Source: an uncultured delta proteobacterium (GTDB lineage: Bacteria; Desulfobacterota; Binatia; Binatales; Binataceae). Taken from it: a stretch of 64,000 bases of DNA. This document shows positions 9,261 through 17,892 of the stretch, in pieces (positions within the stretch are counted from its first letter, which is position 1; every line of letters begins with the position of its first letter). The notes beneath the pieces are model-generated. The model was given only the letters and a program-made list of their open reading frames with translations. It was not told the origin of the DNA and made no database searches. The stretch is from NCBI GenBank assembly GCA_963808235.1, contig CAWEEQ010000001.1:32001-96000 (forward strand), in the 5' to 3' direction. The position numbers and the translations under genes are program-made.

Positions 9261-10569
9261 TTAGTCGCCGCCTAGCTGCGCCGGGCTTTCGAGGGTTTGC
9301 TCTGGTCCGATATCGCCAAACGGGCCTGCCAGTCCGGGGCCGCGGCCTTTCTCGCCGTTGGCGGCTGCGGTGTCGCGCTGCGGGCGGTCGGTGCGCGATC
9401 GTTTGAACTGGAGGTCGTATTCTTCCTTCGAGGCCGCTTCGTATTCGGGACTGGTCAGCGCGGTCAGGAATGCGATCAAGTCGTCCTCTTCCGATTCGGA
9501 GAGTCCGAGCGGCACGATTCCGCCGTCGAGATAGGGATTCTGCACGCCGCCCTTGTTGTAGTGATCGATCGTATCCCACAAGGTCTGTTGCGAGCCGTCA
9601 TGGAAGTAGGGCTGGGTGACCAGCAGGTTGCGCAAACTCATGGTGCGGAACGCGCCGATATCATGTGGCTGCTTGGTCACCAGGAAACGGCCAAGTCCGC
9701 TCATGTCGGTGCCGATTGCGAGCTTGTCGATGGCTATAGAATCGCCGCCGCTGGTGGCGAGGGTGTCGAGCGCCTTGCGCGCGAGCGGCACGAAATCCGA
9801 CTTGTGCGCCGACACGCCGATGTTGTGGAACTTTTGATCGGTAAACAGCGGCTGGGTCGGATTCCATCCGTGACACGACATGCATCGGCCCTTGCCGTTG
9901 AAAATCGCCCATCCACGCTTGGCCGAGTCGCTGATCGCTTTATCGTCGCCGCTGATAAACTTGTCGAAGGGAGAATCGAATGCGAGCTGGGTGCGCTCGT
10001 AGGCGGCGATCGCGCGCTCGATATCGGGGAAGTTGACCTCGCGCCCGAACACGTCATTGAACTGCTTTTGATATTCGGGGATCGCCTTGATCGCCGCGAC
10101 CGCGTCGGCGGGCGACTTCATGCCCATCTCGACCGGATTGGTCACCGGGCCTTCGATTTGCGCCTCGAGGGTTGGCGAGCGTCCGTCCCAGAACTGGGTA
10201 ACGTTGAAAAGAGCGTTGAGTATTGACGGCGCGTTGCGCTGGCCGAACTGCGCGTGGATACCCATCGAGGTAGGCAAGCTGGTCGGTGAAGCCCTTGGCT
10301 GGCGCGTGACAGTGATCGCACGAGATCTTGCCGTCGGCGGAAAGGCCATCCTCGAAGAAGAGCGCCTTGCCGAGCGCAATTTTCGCCGGTGTTTGCGGAT
10401 TGTCAGGCGGAATCACCCATGAATACAGATCGGTGGGGAATCCAGCTTGCTTTTCGGACTTGGGATCGGCGAGGGGACCGGAGCTTTGCGCGTTGGCTGA
10501 GCGGAACGAAGCGATCAGCGTAATCGCGGCGAAGACGAAGTAGATGAGTAAGAAGCGGGCGGCCTTCAT
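9261..10569 (-). CDS. Diheme cytochrome c peroxidase/MauG family protein; apparent 1-nt frameshift near 10279
   Basis: Sec signal; LGKALFFE; CDHCH (10306-10320); RNAPSILN; QFWDGR; CMSCH (9870-9884); FRTMSLRN; PYFHDG; the two halves lie in ORFs 10054..10593 and 9261..10379. Confidence 0.9.
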
Positions 10570-10629
10570 CGTGGCGTTCTCCGGTGGCCCCATGGCGGTA
10601 TCAAGATGCGATACGCGCGGTTGGATTCA

Positions 10630-10662
10630 AGTAAATCAAGCGTGGCGACTCTGTCAACAGAG
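10630..10662 (-). promoter_or_regulatory. Candidate sigma70 promoter of the diheme-enzyme operon, with a palindrome over the -35
   Basis: TTGACA on the minus strand (10652-10657) inside CTCTGT-CA-ACAGAG (10649-10662); weak -10. Confidence 0.4.
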
Positions 10663-10944
10663 AATTTTGGGTGTGTGGGAAGTGAACTGGCCAACGATGT
10701 AGTTTGGCGCGGTTTGTGGAATCTGGGCAGGCTGAACAGTTCATCCCTGAACTTTCGTGGCGATCCCGGGAATTAGGGGAAGTTATGGGAGGGGATGCGG
10801 ATGCGAAACCCATAGTGGGTTTCGTTTTTCACTCTTCACTTTTCACTGCTTCCTCTGGTGGGAGAAAAAACTCTTGTTTTTGGGCACGCGGGCTACCACC
10901 TTGGAATGGCGTGGTGACTCGGGCGTCGAGAAAGATCCGGGGTC

Positions 10945-11050
10945 CCTCGGCTTCGCTCGGGATGACACGAAAATGGACACGAAAGTTTGGAATGAGACGA
11001 AGGAGGGATTCCTCGGCTTCGCTCGGGATGACACGAAAATGGACACGAAA
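10945..11050. repeat. Perfect 40-bp direct repeat, 2 copies with a 26-bp spacer, containing a family A REP-like core
   Basis: CCTCGGCTTCGCTCGGGATGACACGAAAATGGACACGAAA at 10945-10984 and 11011-11050. Confidence 0.85.
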
Positions 11051-11161
11051 ATTGAACGAGCGAAGGCGAAGAACACAACGGCGAGCTGTGTCAACGCGGA
11101 TTTCCCAGGACGCCCGGCCGCGGTCAGCGGCCGAGCGGGTTCAACTCAGGTCGAGCGAAGT

Positions 11162-12334
11162 CTATGGAGCGACGGCGGCCAGGCGCTCCGGTTTCGCAAG
11201 CCGCGCCTGACGCTCGAGCGCATTCATCCGTTGGGCCAGCGTATCGATCTGGGCGTTCTTCTTCTTGAGCGCGTCGATCTGCTTCCGCAGATCCGCAATT
11301 TGAGCGTCCTTTTGCTTTGTCTCCTTCGCCAGCATCTGTACTTCGTTGACGAGTAGCGCGGGGAGCAGATCGTAGCGTACCCCCTCGACCTTGCCGTCGT
11401 CGGTGCGAGTCACCAACTCCGGATACACCCGCGCCACATCCTCTGCGATGAGCCCGTACTGCAGCGAGCCGGCCGGGTCCTGCTTGTAGCGGAAGGTCAC
11501 CGGACGCAGCTTCAGCAGCCCGTTGCTCGCATTGCCCATGTCGTGGATGTCGCGCTTGTAGCGCGCCGAGGAGACCTGTACGCCGAGGTGGCCGCTGCTG
11601 TCGATCAGCACCACGCTTGCGCTGGACTTTGAAAGGGGGGTGCCGAAGATGCCGGCTACGAAGGCGGCGGTCTGGGTGCCCTGGGTGCCGATGCGGATGG
11701 TGCCAGATTCGCTCGAGGCGCCCTGGTTGCCGATGTCGATATTGTTGTCTCCGGTGACAAGATTAGAGCCTGCGCCAGCGCCGACCCCGATGTTGAAGGT
11801 GCCTGTGGCGTTGAGGAGGGCTTCATCTCCGGCGGCCGTGTTGGCGAAGCCGATGATGCTGTTGGATAGGGCGAGGCCCCCGATGGCGACGTTGTCGGTG
11901 CCGGTGGTGTTTACTCTGAGGGCGGCGTCGCCGACCGCAATGTTCGCGTTGCCGGTGGTGTTGCCGACGAGGGCATCGAGTCCGACCGCGGTGTTGGCGT
12001 TGCCAGTAGTGTTGCTGATGAGGGCTCCCGCTCCGTCAGCGGTGTTTTGAAAGCCCGTGGTGTTGCCCTTGAGGGCATCCGCTCCGGTGGCTGTGTTGAC
12101 CAGACCCGTCGTGTTGTTCTGCAGGGCGTTGGATCCGAGCGCGGTATTAGAATTGTCGCCGCTGGCGGCGTTGGTCAGTGGCACGCAGGTGCCGCCAATG
12201 GTCGCTCCTGATCCGGCGCAAGTGTCGCTTTGCGCCGCCGCGATGGCCGCGCTTGCGAGCACGATGAGCAAGATCGCAGCGAGAGAAAACCCGACACTCC
12301 TAGTGCAAATGCGCATGTGTTTGGCCCGTACCAT
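11162..12334 (-). CDS. Secreted fibre/adhesin-like protein with 14-aa repeats and a C-terminal peptidase S74 intramolecular chaperone domain
   Basis: Signal peptide; repeats NTAxGxxALxxNTTG; SSARYKRDI, LKLRPVTFRYK and YGLIAEDV motifs; terminal coiled coil. Confidence 0.85.
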   Translation of the reverse strand: MVRAKHMRICTRSVGFSLAAILLIVLASAAIAAAQSDTCAGSGATIGGTCVPLTNAASGDNSNTALGSNALQNNTTGLVNTATGADALKGNTTGFQNTADGAGALISNTTGNANTAVGLDALVGNTTGNANIAVGDAALRVNTTGTDNVAIGGLALSNSIIGFANTAAGDEALLNATGTFNIGVGAGAGSNLVTGDNNIDIGNQGASSESGTIRIGTQGTQTAAFVAGIFGTPLSKSSASVVLIDSSGHLGVQVSSARYKRDIHDMGNASNGLLKLRPVTFRYKQDPAGSLQYGLIAEDVARVYPELVTRTDDGKVEGVRYDLLPALLVNEVQMLAKETKQKDAQIADLRKQIDALKKKNAQIDTLAQRMNALERQARLAKPERLAAVAP

Positions 12335-12659
12335 TTTCCCGATCCTCCCTACCGCTTTTGCCTCCCGCTCTTGTGAGCGGTCTAGTTCACGCAGCGGTTA
12401 CGTGAAGCGTGGCAGTGACGAGATCGACCTCCCCTAACCTGGAGCATCCGGACCAAGACAGAATTTCTCACTCCGCAGTCTCCAGGAGCGGGTCGGATAT
12501 TAGAAAACGGCGCAGCTTAGCGCAAAGCCGACGGTTTCCGCTCGATGGGCGCGACGGTTCTGCTCGGGACCGGGGCTAACAACTGCTTTGGTGCTTGCCA
12601 GAACGGTGTCCGCTTCAAGTGAACGCGGTGCCTTCTGTTGGTAGTGCTAGGCTTGGGGA

Positions 12660-12932
12660 ATGAAAACATTCACGTTCGCGATTCTGGCGGTTTTGCTTTG
12701 TTGCTTCATACTCGCGCCGCGCTCGGCCCGCGCGCAGGTCACCGTGCGTATCGGCGCAACGGATAATGACTGGTATCAGGGTCGTCAAGGGCATTGGGAA
12801 GGGCAGAAGGATGCGATGCGGTATCGGACTGTCGACGGCGATGAGTATTCTCGCCACGGGACCAGTTGGCAGTGGGCGCATCGAAATCCGCAGACCGATC
12901 GTCGCAGCCCGGAGCACACGACCGGGCACTGA
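12660..12932 (+). CDS. Small secreted Trp/Arg/His-rich protein
   Basis: GGGG RBS-like run; signal peptide ending ARA-Q; 90 aa. Confidence 0.6.
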   Translation: MKTFTFAILAVLLCCFILAPRSARAQVTVRIGATDNDWYQGRQGHWEGQKDAMRYRTVDGDEYSRHGTSWQWAHRNPQTDRRSPEHTTGH

Positions 12933-12951
12933 GCCGCTATCAAGCAGACCT

Positions 12952-12990
12952 CTCACCCGCGCGCGACGCGAAGTCGCGCGCGGCCTCTCT
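12952..12990. terminator. GC-rich hairpin between convergent genes (family B-like element or bidirectional terminator)
   Basis: CCGCGCGCGAC-GCGAA-GTCGCGCGCGG flanked by CTCACCC and CCTCTC. Confidence 0.5.
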
Positions 12991-13010
12991 CTCGCCCGCA
13001 TGTTCACTGC

Positions 13011-13172
13011 TCACTTCAACCAGATTCGGATAAAGATAAATGCGATGAGTCCGATCAGCGCGCCGTCGAACCATGGCTTCGCGGCGGCGTCGTGGCCGCT
13101 GGCTAGCAGGTAAAAGAGGAGCGCGCATAGTAGCAAGACGGTGATGACGCCGCGGTAGCTGAAGATGAACAT
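13011..13172 (-). CDS. 53-aa two-helix membrane peptide, not in the ORF track
   Basis: MFIFSYRGVITVLLLCALLFYLLASGHDAAAKPWFDGALIGLIAFIFIRIWLK*; two clean TM segments. Confidence 0.6.
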   Translation of the reverse strand: MFIFSYRGVITVLLLCALLFYLLASGHDAAAKPWFDGALIGLIAFIFIRIWLK

Positions 13173-13211
13173 CAGTGGCTACGCGAATTAGTCCGGGGTG
13201 ATCATGAGGCT

Positions 13212-13258
13212 GGCGCCCTCACCCGACGCTTCGCGTCGACCTCTCCCGAAGGGAGAGG
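13212..13258. repeat. REP-like two-hairpin element, family B
   Basis: GGCGCCCTCACCCGACGCTTCGCGTCGACCTCTCCCGAAGGGAGAGG; matches 9144-9197. Confidence 0.7.
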
Positions 13259-13321
13259 TGGGTTTGCGGGGACGCGGAAACGATCGCGGCGTCGACTGCG
13301 TCCCCATCTTCAGAATCAGCG

Positions 13322-13852
13322 TCAGCCCATCTTGGTTAGCAAATCGGACATGTCGTTGGCGTGTTCTTCTTCTACCTTGTTTATTTGTTCGATCAGCAGG
13401 CGGGTGGTCGGATCGCCGTCGCCCAGCCATCGGATGATTTCCGAATAGGTCTGGATCGCGATTCGCTCGGCGACCAGGTCTTCCTTGATCATGTCGACCA
13501 GGGTCTTGCCCTCGACGTACTCCGAGTGCGAGCGGTCGGCGAGTCCCTTGGGACTGAAGTCGGGTTCTCCGCCGAGCTGGGTGATTCGCTCCGCAACCCA
13601 ATCGGCGTGCTGCTGTTCTTCGCCCGCGTGCTGGAGGAATTCCGCCTTGACCGAATCGGAGTTGATCCCCTGCGCCATATAGTAGTGACGCTTGTAGCGA
13701 AGCACGCAGACGAGCTCGGTGGCGAGCACGTCATTGAGGACTTTGAGCACCTGCGCGCGGTCGGCCTTGTATCCTTCGGTAACGGCGCCCTTGTCCATAT
13801 GCTGGCGCGCGTTCTCTCTGATTTTTTTAACGTCGGTCAGGAATTTGTCCAT
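13322..13852 (-). CDS. Ferritin-like protein (bacterioferritin/DpsL-type)
   Basis: Di-iron ligand pattern ATE..EEQQH..AE..EEEH; ERITQLGGEP; GGAGA RBS. Confidence 0.88.
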   Translation of the reverse strand: MDKFLTDVKKIRENARQHMDKGAVTEGYKADRAQVLKVLNDVLATELVCVLRYKRHYYMAQGINSDSVKAEFLQHAGEEQQHADWVAERITQLGGEPDFSPKGLADRSHSEYVEGKTLVDMIKEDLVAERIAIQTYSEIIRWLGDGDPTTRLLIEQINKVEEEHANDMSDLLTKMG

Positions 13853-14101
13853 GTGAAGTCTCCTTTCGGACGAAGTTTTCTCTCGCGGTGATTTGATCGT
13901 GGTGCTTTGATCGTAGTCGATTTCCGCCTTTATGGGCAGAGTCGATTCGATGAAATCGGGGGGCGGTGAAGACGCGCGCGCATCGTGCTAGCTTTGGAGT
14001 GGTTACGGGTTACGGTGAGCGCGTCGAGAGGTTGATATCGCGCGTAGGCGCCCAAGTCGATCGAAACGGAATCTGCCGCAATCGGACTTTCGAGAAGATC
14101 T

Positions 14102-15485
14102 TTGGAACCCCGCATTCTCGAGCGCGCAGAGCATCCCATTTCGCGCCGCGATATCGACGCCAACGTTCTGAAGGTCCTCTATCGACTGGCCGGCGCGGGC
14201 CATGACGCATACCTGGTCGGCGGCGGGGTGCGCGATCTGATGCTCTCGCGCAAGCCGAAGGACTTCGACGTCGCCACATCGGCGCATCCGCAGCAAGTGC
14301 GCGAGCTGTTCCGCAATTCGCGGCTAATCGGGCGGCGCTTTCGCCTGGTGCACGTATTCTTCGGCCGGCAGAACGTCGAGGTCGCGACCTTCCGCCGCCA
14401 GGCAGAGGCGGTTGCCGACGCCGACGATCCGCTGATTCGGCTCGACAACACTTTCGGCACTCCGGAGGAAGACGCGTTTCGGCGCGACTTCACCGTCAAC
14501 GCGCTGTTCTACAGTCCGCAAAGTTTTCGGGTGGTCGATTTTCCGGGCGGAGTCGACGACCTGAAGGCGCGGTCTGATCCGCACGATCGGAGACCCGGAG
14601 TTGCGGATGCGCGAGGATCCGGTGCGGATGATGCGCGCGGTGCGATTCGCGGCCAAGCTCGGCTTCGAGATCGAGCCAGCCACGCGCGCCGCGATCGAGC
14701 GTTATCGCGCCGACCTGGCGAAGGCGTCGCGGCCGCGCCTGGTCGACGAGACCTACAAGACGCTTGCGCAGCCCGAGGCCGCGCACGCGCTGGTCCTGAT
14801 GGAGGAACTCGGACTGCTCGAAGCGGTGATGCCGATTGTCTCGGCGCATCTGAAGTCGCGCGCCGGAACGCTCGCGGAGCAGGCGGTGGTGCGCAACATG
14901 GCCGCAATGGGGGTCGCGATTGCGGGCGGCTACGCGCCGGAGCATTCGATCGTGCTGTCGGCGTTGATGCTCGATCTCTATCGCGACGAGCATCGGCGGC
15001 CGGGCTCGAAGCGGACCGATCTGCTCGGCCATTTGCGCGCATGTGGTTTTGCGCGCGGCGATACGGAACAGATGCGCCTTATCCTGGAGGCGTTCGAGAA
15101 TCTCGCGTCGCCGACGCGGCGCACGCGCCGGCTGATGCGCCGGCCGTACTTTCCCGACGCGCGGCTTTTCTTCGAGATGACGGCGCCGACCTATTCGATC
15201 GACGCGACTCACATGATGCGCTGGCTTTCAGATCCGGAAGCGAGCGGAGTTCCTGCGAGCCACTCGGGAGCGTCGGAAGCGTCGCATCTCAACGGGCCGC
15301 ATCCAATGTCGAACGGACAGCGGAGGCGAAGGCGCCGGCGGCGTCGCTCGCGTCATGGCGGACATGGCAACCACGCCGCGGTGACGATTGCTCCGAGCGC
15401 GCATGCCGGTGAAGGCGCGCATCATCAGTTCATCGATCAACCGATTCTGAGCGTCACGAATAGCCAGATCGCGACGATCTGCTAA
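14102..15485 (+). CDS. pcnB: Poly(A) polymerase I; apparent 1-nt frameshift near 14573
   Basis: VGGGVRD, KDFDVAT, PAP signature LIGRRFRLVHV, RRDFTVNAL; EDPVRMMRAVRF in the second frame; Arg-rich tail. Confidence 0.9.
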
Positions 15486-15530
15486 TGCCCATCGACTAAC
15501 TACTTGGTATCGACTAGTTTTGTTTGGACT

Positions 15531-16457
15531 ATGCCTGCGAACAATCTGCGCTCCGATAAAATCTGGATGGACGGAACGATGGTGCCTTACGACGAGGCCA
15601 CGGTTCACGTCCTGACGCATAGCCTGCACTACGGGCTCGCGGTTTTCGAAGGGATGCGATGCTACAAGACCGACGCCGGGCACTCCGCAATTTTCCGTGC
15701 CAAGGAGCATATCCGGCGGCTTATCGAATCCGGGCATATCGTCGAGATGGAGGTTCCGTACAGCCAGGAGGAACTGCTCAAGGCGTGCGCCGACGTGGTG
15801 CGGGTAAATAAGTTCGCGGAGTGCTACATCCGGCCGCTGGTGTTTTTCGGCGAAGGGGAGATGGGGCTGTCGGCGCGCGGAAACAAGATTCGCGTCTCGA
15901 TAGCGGCGTGGCCGTGGGGCGCGTACCTCGGCCAGGACAGCCACTTGAAAGGAGTGCGGCTGAAGACCTCGTCGTTCGTGCGGTTTCATCACAACTCGAT
16001 GATGCCGGCGGCGAAGGCGACGGGGCATTACGTGAACTCGATCCTCGCCGGCTACGAGGCGCGCCGCAACGGCTACGACGAGGCGCTGCTCTTGAACACG
16101 GAGGGCTTCGTGGCGGAAGGAAGCGGCGAGAATGTGTTCGTGGTGCGCGACGGAATCGTGCGCACGCCGCCCTTGACGTCGGTGCTGGCGGGAATCACGC
16201 GCGATGCGGTCATCACGATCCTCAAGGATGCGGGCATCGAGGTGCGCGAGGAATATTTCGCGCGCGACGCGTTCTATATCGCGGACGAAGCGTTCATGAC
16301 CGGGACGGCGGCCGAAGTGACGCCGGTAGTCGAGCTCGACGATCGCCGAATCGGCGCCGGGAAGCCGGGACCAATCACGCTCAAGGTGCTGAAGGTTTTT
16401 CAGAACGCGCTACACGGGCGCGAACCGCGCTATCGCGAGTGGCTGTACCAGGTCTGA
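15531..16457 (+). CDS. ilvE: Branched-chain amino acid aminotransferase
   Basis: LHYGLAVFEGMR, YIRP, AKATGHY, EGSGEN, LAGITR and GTAAEVTPV motifs. Confidence 0.95.
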   Translation: MPANNLRSDKIWMDGTMVPYDEATVHVLTHSLHYGLAVFEGMRCYKTDAGHSAIFRAKEHIRRLIESGHIVEMEVPYSQEELLKACADVVRVNKFAECYIRPLVFFGEGEMGLSARGNKIRVSIAAWPWGAYLGQDSHLKGVRLKTSSFVRFHHNSMMPAAKATGHYVNSILAGYEARRNGYDEALLLNTEGFVAEGSGENVFVVRDGIVRTPPLTSVLAGITRDAVITILKDAGIEVREEYFARDAFYIADEAFMTGTAAEVTPVVELDDRRIGAGKPGPITLKVLKVFQNALHGREPRYREWLYQV

Positions 16458-16517
16458 GCGCATAGCGGCGGAACTTTCGCGCCGCGACGGTAGTTCAATC
16501 TTGAAACGGAGAGTCGC

Positions 16518-17105
16518 ATGAAGATGATCACCGTCGCCGTCATCGCGATCCTGCTGGTAGTTGGAGCGATCGCACTCCGCCCGCGAATCGCGCGCGCCGA
16601 CATGCTCAAGGAAGGGCAAATCGCGCCGCCGTTCTCGACCCAGATGGTCACCGGCGATCAGCAGGCGCCGGTCTCGCTGTCGGATTTCCAGGGCCGCAAA
16701 GTGATTCTCTATTTTTATCCGAAGGACGAGACCCCTGGATGCACCAAGGAGGCGTGCGCGTTTCGCGACGGCTACTCGCGCTTCACCAACGCCGGGCTGA
16801 CGGTGCTCGGATGCAGCGTCGATTCGGCGGACGCGCATAAGGAATTCATCAAAAAATACAGTCTGCCGTTTCCGCTGTTGCTCGACCCCGACAAAAAAAT
16901 TGCGACTGAGTACGGCGCGGCGAACGGGATTCCGATTCTCGGGCTCGACCGGCGGATCACGTACGTCATCGATGAGAAAGGCAGCGTGCTGAAGGTTTAT
17001 CCCAACGTCGATCCGTCGACGCACGCGATCGAAATCCTGAACGACCTCGGCGTCGCCAACGCAGCGCCGCCCGTCGCCGCGAGTCCTACACCCGCGCCGA
17101 ATTGA
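16518..17105 (+). CDS. bcp: Peroxiredoxin BCP/PrxQ with signal peptide
   Basis: YFYPKDETPGCTKEAC motif. Confidence 0.88.
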   Translation: MKMITVAVIAILLVVGAIALRPRIARADMLKEGQIAPPFSTQMVTGDQQAPVSLSDFQGRKVILYFYPKDETPGCTKEACAFRDGYSRFTNAGLTVLGCSVDSADAHKEFIKKYSLPFPLLLDPDKKIATEYGAANGIPILGLDRRITYVIDEKGSVLKVYPNVDPSTHAIEILNDLGVANAAPPVAASPTPAPN

Positions 17106-17114
17106 ATCAGCGAT

Positions 17115-17852
17115 CTATCGTAACTTCGCTACTTCGCTCGGCGAGTAGCCGAGACTCACCGCGAGCATCACGGCGGCCGCGGCCAGCGCGTCGGGATTCG
17201 TCTGGCGGCGAATCATCTGAGTGAGCACCTCGATATGCGCGGCGATCGTATCGGCGTCGCTCATGCGGGCGCATCCGAGGCGGTCGGAGTCGAAGGTGGC
17301 GTCGATGAGCGGATTAGGATCGTAGCCGGACTCAGCGAGCGCTTCGCGGACCGCGCGGCGCCAGAACTCGCGCGGAAGGACTCGATCGAAGTCGGCAGTC
17401 GCGGCGATTTGTTCGCGAAAGATCGGAAGTAGCGAAGCATAGCGAGCGTTCGCATCGAGATGCGGGGCGACATTCTGCGCATCGAGAAAATCATCCACCG
17501 TGCCGTCGTCGCCATAGACGCCGAGCGAGCCAGCGGCGGCCTCGAGGGTGATGAATCTTTCGTCAATTCCAGCATCGTCGCGCTCGATGCCGAGCGGATA
17601 AAGACGGCATGCGAGCGGACGTCCGCGATGAATTCCGCATCGCGAGCCGTCGAGCATCGCGCACGCGCCGGTGTCGGTGAACTTGAGGATCGAGCCGCGC
17701 CGAATCGTGAATCGACGTATCGCCTCAGAGGTCGTAACGCCCGCCGCGCGTGCGATTCGGAGCAAGTCGAACGGCGAAAGCGCGATGACCTTGTCATGGC
17801 AGCATCGCCCGCACGCGTTGCAGAGATATGAAAATGGGCTGTTACGATTCAC
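17115..17852 (-). CDS. YkgJ-family cysteine-cluster (CxxCxxCC) protein
   Basis: CNACGRCC...C...CGIH..RPLACRLYP. Confidence 0.85.
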   Translation of the reverse strand: MNRNSPFSYLCNACGRCCHDKVIALSPFDLLRIARAAGVTTSEAIRRFTIRRGSILKFTDTGACAMLDGSRCGIHRGRPLACRLYPLGIERDDAGIDERFITLEAAAGSLGVYGDDGTVDDFLDAQNVAPHLDANARYASLLPIFREQIAATADFDRVLPREFWRRAVREALAESGYDPNPLIDATFDSDRLGCARMSDADTIAAHIEVLTQMIRRQTNPDALAAAAVMLAVSLGYSPSEVAKLR

Positions 17853-17892
17853 CTGACTTATGGTTCTTCAAGTCTGCTACGATTCTAGCGCG

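Noticed and set aside
10945-11050. Possible mini-CRISPR array
   Set aside because: Only two repeats, no cas genes or leader, and the repeat core matches a dispersed REP-like motif also seen at 9081
11162-12334. Prophage remnant suggested by the tail-fibre chaperone domain
   Set aside because: The protein has a signal peptide and no other phage genes, integrase or att sites are nearby
12340-12620. Riboswitch (for example c-di-GMP-I, from CGCAAAGCC) near the fibre gene
   Set aside because: Short hairpins are present but I could not find the conserved P1/P2 GNRA-receptor architecture
14560-14590. Programmed ribosomal frameshifting in pcnB and the other split genes
   Set aside because: No slippery heptamer or stimulatory structure, and many unrelated genes are affected, so sequencing indels are more parsimonious
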